From Vulcanimicrobiota bacterium (GTDB lineage Bacteria; Vulcanimicrobiota; Xenobia; Xenobiales; JADMJV01), in NCBI GenBank assembly GCA_050250895.1, contig JBFWNU010000001.1, positions 2,660,891-2,724,890 of the forward strand: a stretch of DNA of 64,000 bases, read 5' to 3'. Below the pieces are notes generated by a model. It had not been told where the DNA came from. It saw nothing but the letters and a program-made list of their open reading frames with translations, and ran no database searches. How positions within the stretch are numbered: the stretch's first letter is position 1; the number at the start of each line of letters is the position of its first letter. Positions 48,172-57,378 of this stretch are shown here, piece after piece. Position numbers and translations under genes: made by a program.

Positions 48172-48800
48172 GCCTGCGGCCAAGGAGCGAGGCCTTCGGC
48201 CTCGAGAAAGGAGCGGCCTGCGGCCGGGAGGGGAGCCGCGCTTTGCGCGGGGAAGGGAGCGAGACCTTTGGCCTCGAGAAAGGAGCGGCCTGCGGCCGGG
48301 AGGGGAGCCGCGCTTTGCGCGGGGAAGGGAGCGAAGCTCGCTGAGCTCGCTTCGAGTTTGGAGATAGTCGACGCTACGCGTCGTCAATCCTGGGCGGCTG
48401 CGCCGCCGGTGCCGAGGGTTAGGCCAACCTCGCCCGGGCCTGGGGTATTCGGCAGCACACACTGCCGGATTCGGCGTACCTCGCTGCCGAGTGGGCCGAG
48501 CCCGCCGAGCTGGCGTTGCCCCCGAGGGATTCGGCAGCACACACTGCCGGATTTGGCTTACCCCGCTGCCGAATGGGCCGAGCCCGCTATCGGCCGCTAC
48601 GGGCGCGGGCAGCCGCGGGTGTGCGCCGTACAGTTCGGTATAGCCAGTGTGCGGCGCAAGTGTGCGCCGTACAGCCCGGCTCGCTCGGTGGGCGGCGCAC
48701 AACTTGCCTCCACTTCCGCGCGGAAGTCCAGTCCGCGAGCGCGGTGGCTGGCTCGACTGGGCGGCCGGCCGCCGCGCACGCTCGTACGGGCCGACCCCTG
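48172..48800 (+). repeat. Composite palindromic repeat element, copy 1
   Basis: 72-bp tandem (48184-48255 and 48256-48327), 25-bp repeats at 48447 and 48529, TGCGCCG inverted pairs, ACTTCCGCGCGGAAGT at 48712. Confidence 0.85.
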
Positions 48801-48840
48801 TGGGCGGGAGGCGGGTTTGCCAAGGTCGAAGTGAGGGTTG

Positions 48841-49695
48841 ATGGTTAGACGCTTCGAGTTGGCGGTGTTGGTAGGGCTGGTAGCTCTCGTCGCCTGGTGG
48901 TCCCGGCCGGCCGGCCACGATTTTCGCCTGCGAGCCACTTTCGAGCCAGGCAGCAGCGGACAACAAGCCTGGGTGGTGGACACTGCCGACCCTGGCCAGT
49001 TCAGTCAAGTTCAGGTTGAGTATCTTGAGGGCCAGGCGAAGGGCATCGACTTCTTCGGGCTTGAGCCAGAGTATGTGGGTGATGGCGGCGCTGACCGCCC
49101 CACCCGAACCATCGAGGTCTGGCACAAAGGACGCCATCACCGGGTGAGCGTGAGTCGCCAGGCGGCTTGCCAACAGGCGGGTGCCGTTCGTTTTGCCCGA
49201 ATCTGGGACAATCTGGTCTGGTTCGTTGGGCAAGACGCGAGCACGAACTTGGGCGGGTTCACGGTTTACGAGGACATCTCTGTAGCCGGGGTGAGCTTCG
49301 ACGACCGTCGCCAAGATGTCGAAGCCGCCTGGGGTCCGCCGCAATCGGTCGAGTCCTTCTCGGTGGATGTCGAGCCGTGGGAATTGGGGCACGAGGGACC
49401 CGACCACTATGAAAAACTCATCTATCCCGATCGCGAGGCGGTCGTGCTCCGTGATTCGAAAGTCACCTATCTGAAAGGCCCAGAGTTTAGCGCCTTCGGA
49501 GTTCACGTCAGGGCTGGCCAGGACATGGGCGAGCTAGAGAAGCTGCTCGGACCGGCCAGACACGGCGAATCCGATCCCGAGTGGGCCGACTTTCAACAAA
49601 GTGTCCAAGCCAGAGTGGTGGATGGCCGCGTGGTCGAGTTTGGCGTGGGCGTCCAGCCCAGGTATATCGACTACCACAGGGCTTCCGGGGTTTAA
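48841..49695 (+). CDS. Hypothetical protein with N-terminal membrane anchor
   Basis: Hydrophobic N-terminus, VEAAWGPP and LEKLLGP motifs, adjacent paralogous remnant. Confidence 0.75.
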   Translation: MVRRFELAVLVGLVALVAWWSRPAGHDFRLRATFEPGSSGQQAWVVDTADPGQFSQVQVEYLEGQAKGIDFFGLEPEYVGDGGADRPTRTIEVWHKGRHHRVSVSRQAACQQAGAVRFARIWDNLVWFVGQDASTNLGGFTVYEDISVAGVSFDDRRQDVEAAWGPPQSVESFSVDVEPWELGHEGPDHYEKLIYPDREAVVLRDSKVTYLKGPEFSAFGVHVRAGQDMGELEKLLGPARHGESDPEWADFQQSVQARVVDGRVVEFGVGVQPRYIDYHRASGV

Positions 49696-49714
49696 TTTGT
49701 CCAGGCCCACTAAA

Positions 49715-51040
49715 CGACGCTTCGAGGTGGCGGGTTGGTAGGGCTGGTAGCTCTGCTCGCCTGGTGGTCCCGGCCGCCCGGTCACGAGTTTCGTCTGCGA
49801 GCCACTTTCGAACCAGGCCGCAGTGGGCAACAAGCCTGGGTGGTCGACACCGCGGACCCCCGCCAAAACAGTCGCATTCAGGCACGGTATCTGGAAAGGC
49901 AGACCCAGGGCCTCGACTTCTTCGGGCTCCAGCCCGCCTATGTCGGGGATGGTGACCCTGACGCCCTACGCGAACGATCGAAATCTGGGATCGAGGGCGC
50001 CATCACCGCGTTCGTGTGAGTGGCCGGCCGGCCGAGGGAGGAGCGGCCTGCGGCCGGGAGGGGAGCCGCGCTGCGCGCGGGGGAAGGAGCGAGTGGCCTT
50101 CGGCCTCGAGAAAGGAGCGGCCTGCGGCCGAGAGGGGAGCGAAGCTCGCTTAGCTCGCTTCGAGTCTTGGAGATAGTCGACGCTTCGCGTCGTGAACCTG
50201 AGCGGCTGCGCCGCCGGCGGGCCTGGGTCGGGCTTGTTCGCTGTCTTCCGTTGGGTGTGCGCCGCACAGCTCGGTTTAGCCAGTGTACGGCGCAAGTGTG
50301 CGCCGCACAGCTCGGTTCGCTTGGTGTGCGGCGCACAACTTGCCAAGGCCACTTCCGCGCGGAAGTCTGGCTCGGCCAGCCGGTCGCGGCGGCCTCGAGA
50401 AAGGAGCGAGGCCTTCGGCCTCGAGAAAGGAGCGAGTGGCCTTCGGCCTCGAGGAAGGAGCGGCCTGCGGCCGAGAGGGGAGCGAAGCTCGCTTAGCTCG
50501 CTTCGAGTCTTGGAGATAGTCGACGCTTCGCGTCGTGAACCTGAGCGGCTGCGCCGCCGGCGAGCTGCCAGGCCCCACTCGACCCGGCCGAGCCAGCCGC
50601 GACCCGGCAGGGGCCGAACGCTTGCTCGCTGTCTTCTGGCGAGTGTGCGCCGCACATGCCGGTTTAGCCAGTGTGCGGCGCAAGTGTGCGCCGCACAGCC
50701 CGATTCGGCCGGTGTGCGGCGCACAACCTGCCACGCCAACTTCCGCGCGGAAGTCTGGCTCGGCCCGCCGGCCGCGGCTTGGTGCGAAGCAGTGCTCGGT
50801 AGCAGCAATTCGGTCATTTTTCTCCGCGGACCCGAACTTAGCGCCTATGGACGCACGGTCAGGGCCGGGCAACCGCGCGCCGCGATGACAGCGTTTCTGG
50901 GTGAGCCCGAACAGGCTACCGGCGATACGCTGACCTTCGACAACCTGGTCAAAGCAGACCTCGCGGGAGATCGTCTGGCCGCGTTTCGGCTCGGCCTGCA
51001 CCCCAGCGAGTACACCCCTTGCGACCGGGCCGCCTTCTAA
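49715..51040 (+). pseudogene. Frameshifted, repeat-interrupted paralogue of 48841-49695
   Basis: 49715-50035 aligns with the 5' part (two 1-nt deletions); 50787-51040 encodes EAV...LRGPELSAYG..VRAGQ, matching the 3' part. Confidence 0.8.
50036..50780 (+). mobile_element. Two tandem copies (343-bp period) of the composite palindromic element, MITE/REPIN-like
   Basis: 50086-50219 recurs at 50429-50562; 16-bp palindrome at 50351 and 50739; lies inside a pseudogene. Confidence 0.65.
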
Positions 51041-51145
51041 ATCGCTCGGCCTACGCCTAACGGCCGATAGGGGTCATCCATTTGGAGGATAGTCAATTTC
51101 CGCGATGGGTGTATCATTGGAAGACTGAAATCTACTGGAGGGACG

Positions 51146-51742
51146 TTGTTACATCCGCATACGGAACTTCGCCATATCAATGATGAGATAGGATATGGCG
51201 TGTTCGCAACCCGCCCCATTCCGATGGGAACGATCACCTGGGTCCTCGACCCTCTCGACCGCGTGCTGGATCTCGATAACGATCCCCAATTCAGAAATTA
51301 CCCGGCGACTCTCGAGCGCTATACCTTCGTCAACTCCGACGGGCACTACGTGCTCTGTTGGGATCTGGCCCGCTTCGTCAACCACAACTGCGAGGCCAAC
51401 TGTCTGAGCCCGGGTTTCGACTTCGAGATCGCCATCCGCGACATCGCCGCCGGCGAGCAGATGACCAACGACTACGGCTCGCTCAACCTCGAAAAACCGA
51501 TGCAGTGTCGCTGCGACTCCCAGAAGTGCCGCGGCATTACCCGGCCTGAAGACTTCGAACAACTCGCTCCCGACTGGGATCGTCTGCTCAAGCGGGCTTT
51601 CCCTCACATCAACGGAGTAGACCAGCCCCTGTGGACCTGGGTCAAAGAGCGGGACGAGGTCGAGCGCTGCTTGCAAGACGCTGGTTTGATGCCCTCCATC
51701 CTACGCCACCGTCACCAGTCTCACGCTCGTCCGGTAGTCTAG
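51146..51742 (+). CDS. SET-domain protein
   Basis: GYGVFA, RFVNHNCEAN, DIAAGEQMTNDYG, post-SET CRC...CRG; GGAGG RBS. Confidence 0.9.
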   Translation: MLHPHTELRHINDEIGYGVFATRPIPMGTITWVLDPLDRVLDLDNDPQFRNYPATLERYTFVNSDGHYVLCWDLARFVNHNCEANCLSPGFDFEIAIRDIAAGEQMTNDYGSLNLEKPMQCRCDSQKCRGITRPEDFEQLAPDWDRLLKRAFPHINGVDQPLWTWVKERDEVERCLQDAGLMPSILRHRHQSHARPVV

Positions 51743-51776
51743 AGGATCGCCGGCCGCCCTCTGCAAAGGGGCGGCC

Positions 51777-52412
51777 ATGGAATTTTTCTTCAATCCAGAC
51801 GAATTGAGGGTGCTGGGCTGCCTGATCGAAAAGCGGCTCAGCACTCCCAACCAGTATCCGCTCACCGAGAAGAGCCTGATCGCAGCCTGCAACCAGTCGT
51901 CCAACCGCGACCCGGTGGTCAACTATGACCAGCCGACGGTCAGCGGAGCGCTGAAGAACACGCGAATCCAGGGCTATTCGCTGCTGGTCAGCAGCGCCGA
52001 CTCGCGAGTGCCCAAGTTCAAAGAGAACCTGTGCGAGAAGCTCGGATTGAGCACGCCCGAGGCGGCCATCATCGCCGAGCTATTGCTGCGCGGGCCCCAG
52101 ACTCCCGGAGAGCTGCGCCAGCGCAGCACTCGCATGTATGAGTTCACCGACCTGCCAGAGGTCGAGGACACCCTGCGCAAGATGGTAGACCAGGAGCTGG
52201 TGGTCCAGCTGCCGCGCCAGCCGGGCAAGCGCGAGGCGCGTTATGCCCATCTTTTGGCCGGGCCGGTCGAGTTTGTCGAAAGCGAGAGCGAGACACTGGT
52301 GGCCCCGGCGACCACCCACGCCCTGGAAGAGCGGGTCGCGGCGCTCGAGGGCCAACTGGCCGAAGTGCTAGAGCGCCTGGCCCGCTTGGAAGGCCGAGAC
52401 GAACTCGGCTAG
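51777..52412 (+). CDS. YceH/DUF480-family protein
   Basis: RVLGCLIEK..TP.QYPL, ACNQSSNRDPV, LLLRGPQTPGELR, PGKREARYAHL. Confidence 0.92.
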   Translation: MEFFFNPDELRVLGCLIEKRLSTPNQYPLTEKSLIAACNQSSNRDPVVNYDQPTVSGALKNTRIQGYSLLVSSADSRVPKFKENLCEKLGLSTPEAAIIAELLLRGPQTPGELRQRSTRMYEFTDLPEVEDTLRKMVDQELVVQLPRQPGKREARYAHLLAGPVEFVESESETLVAPATTHALEERVAALEGQLAEVLERLARLEGRDELG

Positions 52413-53126
52413 AGTTTCGAGATAGGCCTTCCAGTTGGCTCCCATGATGGTGTTGTGGTTGCCTCGTTCGAAAATGACCAGGCGCTTGGGTCCGGCCGCC
52501 CAGGCGTGGTTGCGGCGGGCGTGCGAGGGCTCGACCAGGTCGTCGCCGGCGGCGTGCAGCACCAGCAGCCGGCCGGGAAAGCTGCCCAGTTTTTGTTGGT
52601 GGTCGAGGCGTTCGGCCACGGCCTCCTCGAGTTCGGGTCCCAGCTCGGACGGGTGCACGCGCAGGCGGATGCGCTCGAGGGGATCGGCGATGCCGGACTC
52701 GAGCACCAAACCGGCCAGACCGGGATCGAGGGCTGCCCACTCGATGGCCATCATCGAGCCGACCGAGCGCCCGTAAACCAGGGTCCGGGTTCCCGGCAGG
52801 CCGAGATGGGCCCGCACGTCGGCCACGTCGTCGAGGAGTTGTCCTAAGCAGGGACTACCGCCCGACCCGCCATAACCGCGATATTCGGCCAGGAACACGT
52901 TGAGGCCCAGGCTGGCCAGGGCCTCGACGTAGTCAGGGACATAATCGGCCGCCACCTCGCCGTTGCCGTGGAAATGCACTAGCGTGGGCGCGCTCTCGGC
53001 GGTGTGGTGGTGATAACACTGCAAGACCGCTCCGTCCCGGCAGGTTACCGGGGTGGGAGCGGTCAGGCGGTCGGGCCGAGGAAAGAAATAGCGCTCGGCG
53101 ATCAGAGGGTGGTCGAGAACCCTCAC
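52368..53126 (-). CDS. Alpha/beta hydrolase
   Basis: HFHGNGE, EYRGYG, GRSVG nucleophile elbow, D..V, HN. Confidence 0.88.
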   Translation of the reverse strand: MRVLDHPLIAERYFFPRPDRLTAPTPVTCRDGAVLQCYHHHTAESAPTLVHFHGNGEVAADYVPDYVEALASLGLNVFLAEYRGYGGSGGSPCLGQLLDDVADVRAHLGLPGTRTLVYGRSVGSMMAIEWAALDPGLAGLVLESGIADPLERIRLRVHPSELGPELEEAVAERLDHQQKLGSFPGRLLVLHAAGDDLVEPSHARRNHAWAAGPKRLVIFERGNHNTIMGANWKAYLETLAEFVSAFQAGQAL

Positions 53127-54502
53127 GCCGAAAGGTGCTTGATAGCGGCCACACGGAAGACCCGGATGGCCACCGCTATGCCGGCCATCAACAGCACTCC
53201 GACCAGGGCCGAGAGCAGGCTGATGAGCACCAGGCAAGGCATCAAGAACATGCAGACGCCCAGACCCGCGCCGACCAGTTTCTGCTCGAAGTTCTCGGTG
53301 CCCGAGAGCACGGCCAGCGTTCCGGCATAGGCTCCCAGGGCGCTAGCCCCCAGCAAGCTCAACATCCAGGCAACCACCACGGCCAGGGGCAACTCGGACA
53401 GCACGCCCATGGCCAGCAGGCCGGGCACGAACAGCAGCAACATCACCAGGTTGCGCACCATCCCTACCAGGGCCCATCCGTCGACCAGGGTCGAGCGCTC
53501 CAGCACCGACAGTCGCAAGGCCTCGAGTCCCTCGGGCCCCTCGGCGGCAACGGCTCGGCCGGCGCGAGCAGCGGCGGCCAGGCCCAAAGCCATGGCTAAC
53601 AGTCCGACCAGCACCACGAAGTTCTCGGCGTTGCGCTCGGGCGAGTGCGAGAAGGCAGCCACCGCCAGAGCCTGGCTCACGGCGATGCTCACCAGCAGAC
53701 CAAAAGTCGACAGCAGCAGCGAAAGCGGACGAATCCCGGCCAGACCGACCAGGTGGCGGGCGGTGACGGGATTGAGTTGCCACACGCTCTTGAAACTGCC
53801 GAACTTGCGGCGAGCAAAAAACTTCTGATTGAGGGTGTCGGCATACTTCAGTCCCATGGCGGCCAGCCAGCGAGGAGCCAGCAACAGATAGATCAGGCAC
53901 AGCCAGGGCCCGGACGGGTTGTCGAGGTTGCCGAGGGCAATCGAGGGACCGAGTAGGGCCAGGGCCGGAATGATCAGGTTCGAACTCGAGCCCCCTCCGG
54001 TCCAGCAACCGTGACACTGGGTCAGATAGGTAACCCAGATGGTGGCCAGGGCCAGACCGGGGGCGATGGCCAGGCTGGCCCAGCCGCCGTCGTTGGCCAG
54101 GGCCACCAGGGTCAGGCCCAAACCCAGCATCAGGGCCGACGGGGTCACGCGACGGGCCACGAAGGTGGCTACGCCGTCGACGATGTCCATTTCGGATAGG
54201 CCGGTCGGTCTCAGCTCTTCCAGGATGCGGCGCCGCTTGAGCTCGGTCGGTAGACCAGAACTGCGGGTGATGAGCACGATGCCCCACATCACGGCGCCCA
54301 TGAGTCCGTAGAAGAGCCAGAGCAAGAACCAGGCGCCGTCTCCCTGGGCGGGGTCGATCATTCCCATCAGTCCGAACAGGGGCAGGCATAACGCCCAGAG
54401 CACCAGGCCGAGACGGGGCACCTCGTTCGGGATGCTGTTTCGATTCTTCTCGAGGCTTCCCAATCGGCGGTCTAGCAGATAGTGCAGAGCGTTTGTGTTC
54501 AT
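53123..54502 (-). CDS. Multi-pass membrane protein with an internally duplicated ABC-2-like organisation
   Basis: GGAGG RBS, TGCTAGAAT upstream, repeated LE.LR.(T/S).L....VDG motif. Confidence 0.7.
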   Translation of the reverse strand: MNTNALHYLLDRRLGSLEKNRNSIPNEVPRLGLVLWALCLPLFGLMGMIDPAQGDGAWFLLWLFYGLMGAVMWGIVLITRSSGLPTELKRRRILEELRPTGLSEMDIVDGVATFVARRVTPSALMLGLGLTLVALANDGGWASLAIAPGLALATIWVTYLTQCHGCWTGGGSSSNLIIPALALLGPSIALGNLDNPSGPWLCLIYLLLAPRWLAAMGLKYADTLNQKFFARRKFGSFKSVWQLNPVTARHLVGLAGIRPLSLLLSTFGLLVSIAVSQALAVAAFSHSPERNAENFVVLVGLLAMALGLAAAARAGRAVAAEGPEGLEALRLSVLERSTLVDGWALVGMVRNLVMLLLFVPGLLAMGVLSELPLAVVVAWMLSLLGASALGAYAGTLAVLSGTENFEQKLVGAGLGVCMFLMPCLVLISLLSALVGVLLMAGIAVAIRVFRVAAIKHLSA

Positions 54503-54543
54503 GTTCCCTCCGAAGCTACATTCTAGCACAGACGGGGAAGCGA

Positions 54544-56007
54544 TCATAGCCTGTATTCCAAAGCTTCGGCCAGGTGATCGAGGCAAATCTCGGCGCACCC
54601 CTCCAGGTCGGCGATGGTGCGGGCCACCCGTAGCCAGCGGTCATAGGCGCGCAGGCTCAGGGCCAACCTCTCCACCGCTTGACCGGCAAAGTCCCGGGCT
54701 GGTCCCGCCAGAGCGCAGTGTTGCTGCAAGGCCCGCCCGGTCAAATGAGAGTTGAGCAGGCCTCGCTGGTGTTGGCGGGCCCGCGCCGACTCGACCCGGC
54801 AGGCCACGGTCGCGGTCGATTCTTCGGGCCGGGTGTCGAGATAGCTCTCGGGTCGAGGCCGGCCCATGGGCACGGTCAGGTCGAAGCGATCCCGCATGGC
54901 TCCAGAGAAGCGAGCCTGGTAGCGCTGCCTCACATAGGGCGTGCATTGGCAATCTTTATCGGGGTCGCCCGCATAGCCGCAGGGACAGGGATTCATGGCC
55001 GCCACCAGCGAGAAGCTGGCTGGATAGGTGCCTTGAAAGTGACGCCGGGCCACCTCGACCCAGCCCTGGTCGAGCACCGTCCGCAGTCCTTCGAGACAAT
55101 CACGACGGAACTCGGGAAACTCGTCGAGAAACAGGATTCCGTGGTGGGCCCGGGTGACCTCGCCGGGGCGAATGCCTCCCAGCAGAGCGGTGGGGGTGAC
55201 ACCATGACCCGGAGCGCGAAAGGGCCTCAACGAAGTGACTTCGGGCGCGGTGCGGCAGACGCTCTCGATGGCCACCACCTCCAAGCGCTGCTGATCGGTG
55301 AGCCGGGGCAAGATTCCAATCATGGCCCGGGCCAGCATGGTCTTGCCGCAACCGGGGGGGCCACACAGCATGACATGGTGTCCCCCCGCCGCGGCGATCT
55401 CGATGGCCCGCCGGGCCTGGGGTTGGCCGCGTACCAGAGCCAGTTCGACGGGAGCCTGGGCCTGACGAGAGAGGGGCGGCCCGAGGTCGGCGGGAGGCGC
55501 CCCTTTGAGCACGGCTACAGCCTGCTTCAGGCTGGTTACTCCGGCCACCCGCACTCCCTCGACTACGCTGGCTTCGGCCAGGTTCTGGCGCGGCACCAGC
55601 GCCAGGTGCACGTTCATCCGCTGCGCGCAGAGCAAGGCCGGGACCACTCCCCGCACCGGCACCAGTTGACCGTCCAGGGCCAGTTCCCCCATCACCAGCG
55701 CCCCTTCCAGGCAGTCGGGGGGCAGTTGTCCGTCGGCCACCAGCACCCCCAGGGCGATAGCCAGATCAAAGCTCGGGCCTTGCTTTCTCAGGTCGCCCGG
55801 GCTCAGGTTGATGGTGATCCGTCGCATCGGATAATGGAAGTCCGAGTTGCGCAGGGCGGCTTTCACCCTGGCTCCGGCCTCCGACACACTGGCGTCGGGC
55901 AAGCCCACGATATGCAGACCTGGCAATCCGTTGGCCAGATCGACCTCGACGCGTACGGGCAACGCCTCGATGCCATGAAGGGTTGTGGATGATAGTTTGG
56001 CCAGCAT
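54544..56007 (-). CDS. comM: YifB/ComM Mg-chelatase-like AAA+ ATPase
   Basis: IVGLPD, ITINLSP.DLRK.G..FDL, GPPGCGKT, LFLDEFPEF, AMNPCPCG, RVARTIADL. Confidence 0.95.
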   Translation of the reverse strand: MLAKLSSTTLHGIEALPVRVEVDLANGLPGLHIVGLPDASVSEAGARVKAALRNSDFHYPMRRITINLSPGDLRKQGPSFDLAIALGVLVADGQLPPDCLEGALVMGELALDGQLVPVRGVVPALLCAQRMNVHLALVPRQNLAEASVVEGVRVAGVTSLKQAVAVLKGAPPADLGPPLSRQAQAPVELALVRGQPQARRAIEIAAAGGHHVMLCGPPGCGKTMLARAMIGILPRLTDQQRLEVVAIESVCRTAPEVTSLRPFRAPGHGVTPTALLGGIRPGEVTRAHHGILFLDEFPEFRRDCLEGLRTVLDQGWVEVARRHFQGTYPASFSLVAAMNPCPCGYAGDPDKDCQCTPYVRQRYQARFSGAMRDRFDLTVPMGRPRPESYLDTRPEESTATVACRVESARARQHQRGLLNSHLTGRALQQHCALAGPARDFAGQAVERLALSLRAYDRWLRVARTIADLEGCAEICLDHLAEALEYRL

Positions 56008-56095
56008 AGAGCCCTCCTCGATTGGAATCGACGCCGTAGGCGCCGCGGCCTACTTCGACCCGAGCGGTCGGCTCCTGTCGAACGAATGTCCAGAC

Positions 56096-56452
56096 TTAGC
56101 GGACCAGGCGGGTGGCGATCAGACCGTGGAAGGGCGACTGTTCGGCCGAGCTGTAGCGCCAGCCCAGGTGCTGCTGACACTCGCCGCACAGGGCTAGCGA
56201 CCAGGCATAACCCGCGAACCAGCAGGCCTCGGTGGTGGGCGCTCCCATAGCCCGGACCCCTGGCGCCTCCCGGAAGCAAAGCACGTGGAACGAATAGCCA
56301 GCCGGGTTGCGAAAGGTGTGCTCGTGGCGGCCGTCGATCTCGATGGCCTGGCGGCTCGAGGTGACGGCTGCTCCGCAAGCCCGACAGACGATAGCTCGCA
56401 CCGGCTCGAGTGCAGGCTGAGCGTCCAGAGCTGCCTCTTCGCGGATCCCCAT
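56096..56452 (-). CDS. Cereblon/CULT-domain protein
   Basis: CRAC, HTFRNPAG, WFAGYAW, CGEC..HLGW. Confidence 0.88.
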   Translation of the reverse strand: MGIREEAALDAQPALEPVRAIVCRACGAAVTSSRQAIEIDGRHEHTFRNPAGYSFHVLCFREAPGVRAMGAPTTEACWFAGYAWSLALCGECQQHLGWRYSSAEQSPFHGLIATRLVR

Positions 56453-56506
56453 CGCTCGAGGTTCGCCAGGCAGGCCCTCTGGGCCCGCCTTGGCGAACAA
56501 GTCAAA

Positions 56507-57307
56507 ATGAGGCTTCGTATCTTCTTGCTCTGTCTTTTGTTCGGTTCGGCCCTGGCGGATGAGCGGGTCGTGAGGATCTTTCAACTGGCCAACCGGCCGG
56601 CCGAGGCCACGGTCGAGATGGTGCTTCCCCTCCTGAGCCCCGAAGGTACGGTCATGGCCGAGACCCGCCTCAACAAGCTGATCGTACAGGACACTCCCGA
56701 GGTCATCGCCAAGGTCGAGAGTCTGCTCTCGGAGATCGACCAACCGGCCCCTCAGGTGCGGGTGTTCGTTACGATGAACGGGGTCAGCCCCGTCTATAAT
56801 AGCCAGGCGGGGGTGGGCGTCTCGGGGCGGGGCAATCGCATCCGGGTGACCGGCAACGCCGGTGTGTCCGAGGGTGTGTCCTCCTCCAACACCCGGTCGA
56901 ACCTGCTCATCATGAGCGGCGAACGGGGCGTGATCTTGATGGGCCAGAACCTGGTCGACGTCAATCCCTACTACAGCTTCGCCGCCCGAGCCGGTCTGGT
57001 GCCACCCGGAGTGGTCTTTCGCGAGGTCAGCACGGGCTTTGCCGTCGAGCCGCGCGTCATCGGCGACACGGTGACCATGACGATTTCCCCCTGGATGGGC
57101 TATCTCTCGGGCAAGGGCCGCGGCGAGATCGTCTTCAACGAAGCCTCGACCACCGTCAGCCTCAAATCCGGCGACTCCACGATCATCAGCTCGGGCTCGT
57201 TCACCGAAGAGGTCCGCTCCCAGACTTACGGCCTGATCTTCGGCTCGGGCACGCAGACCAGCGGCAACAGCGCCAGCATCACCGTCCAGCCCGTCATCCA
57301 GGAGTAG
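56507..57307 (+). CDS. Short secretin-like protein (NolW/N3 domain plus truncated secretin domain)
   Basis: Signal peptide, NKLIVQDTPE...LSEIDQPAPQV, TGFAVEPRV, ASTTVSLKSG. Confidence 0.78.
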   Translation: MRLRIFLLCLLFGSALADERVVRIFQLANRPAEATVEMVLPLLSPEGTVMAETRLNKLIVQDTPEVIAKVESLLSEIDQPAPQVRVFVTMNGVSPVYNSQAGVGVSGRGNRIRVTGNAGVSEGVSSSNTRSNLLIMSGERGVILMGQNLVDVNPYYSFAARAGLVPPGVVFREVSTGFAVEPRVIGDTVTMTISPWMGYLSGKGRGEIVFNEASTTVSLKSGDSTIISSGSFTEEVRSQTYGLIFGSGTQTSGNSASITVQPVIQE

Positions 57308-57309
57308 TG

Positions 57310-57375
57310 CCGACGACTTCGTCGTCGAAATCTCAGCGGCGCAGCCGCGGCTCCCTGTCGACGCGCAGCGTCGAC
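57310..57375 (-). repeat. REP-like triple-hairpin element between convergent genes
   Basis: Near copy of 36825-36885 (..TCGAAATCTCAGC..GCTCCCTGTCGACGCG.AGCGTCGA). Confidence 0.8.
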
Positions 57376-57378
57376 CGT

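Noticed and set aside
48844-48850. GTTAGAC as an integron attC/attI core
   Set aside because: No matching RYYYAAC inverse core with attC structure, and no integrase.
48091-49506. 471-aa minus-strand ORF and other ORFs over the repeats (48163, 49966, 50020, 50192, 50276)
   Set aside because: Arg/Ala/Pro-rich read-through of GC-rich palindromes, or antisense to gene 48841. Only the last ~85 codons of 50192-51040 are a real gene remnant.
48172-50780. CRISPR array
   Set aside because: No constant 25-45 bp repeat with unique equal-length spacers, and no cas genes.
48157-51070. CCTAA..GCCGATAG at about 48157 and 51056 as att sites or sigma-28 promoters
   Set aside because: Short imperfect match, no correctly spaced TAAA -35 box, and no recombinase nearby.
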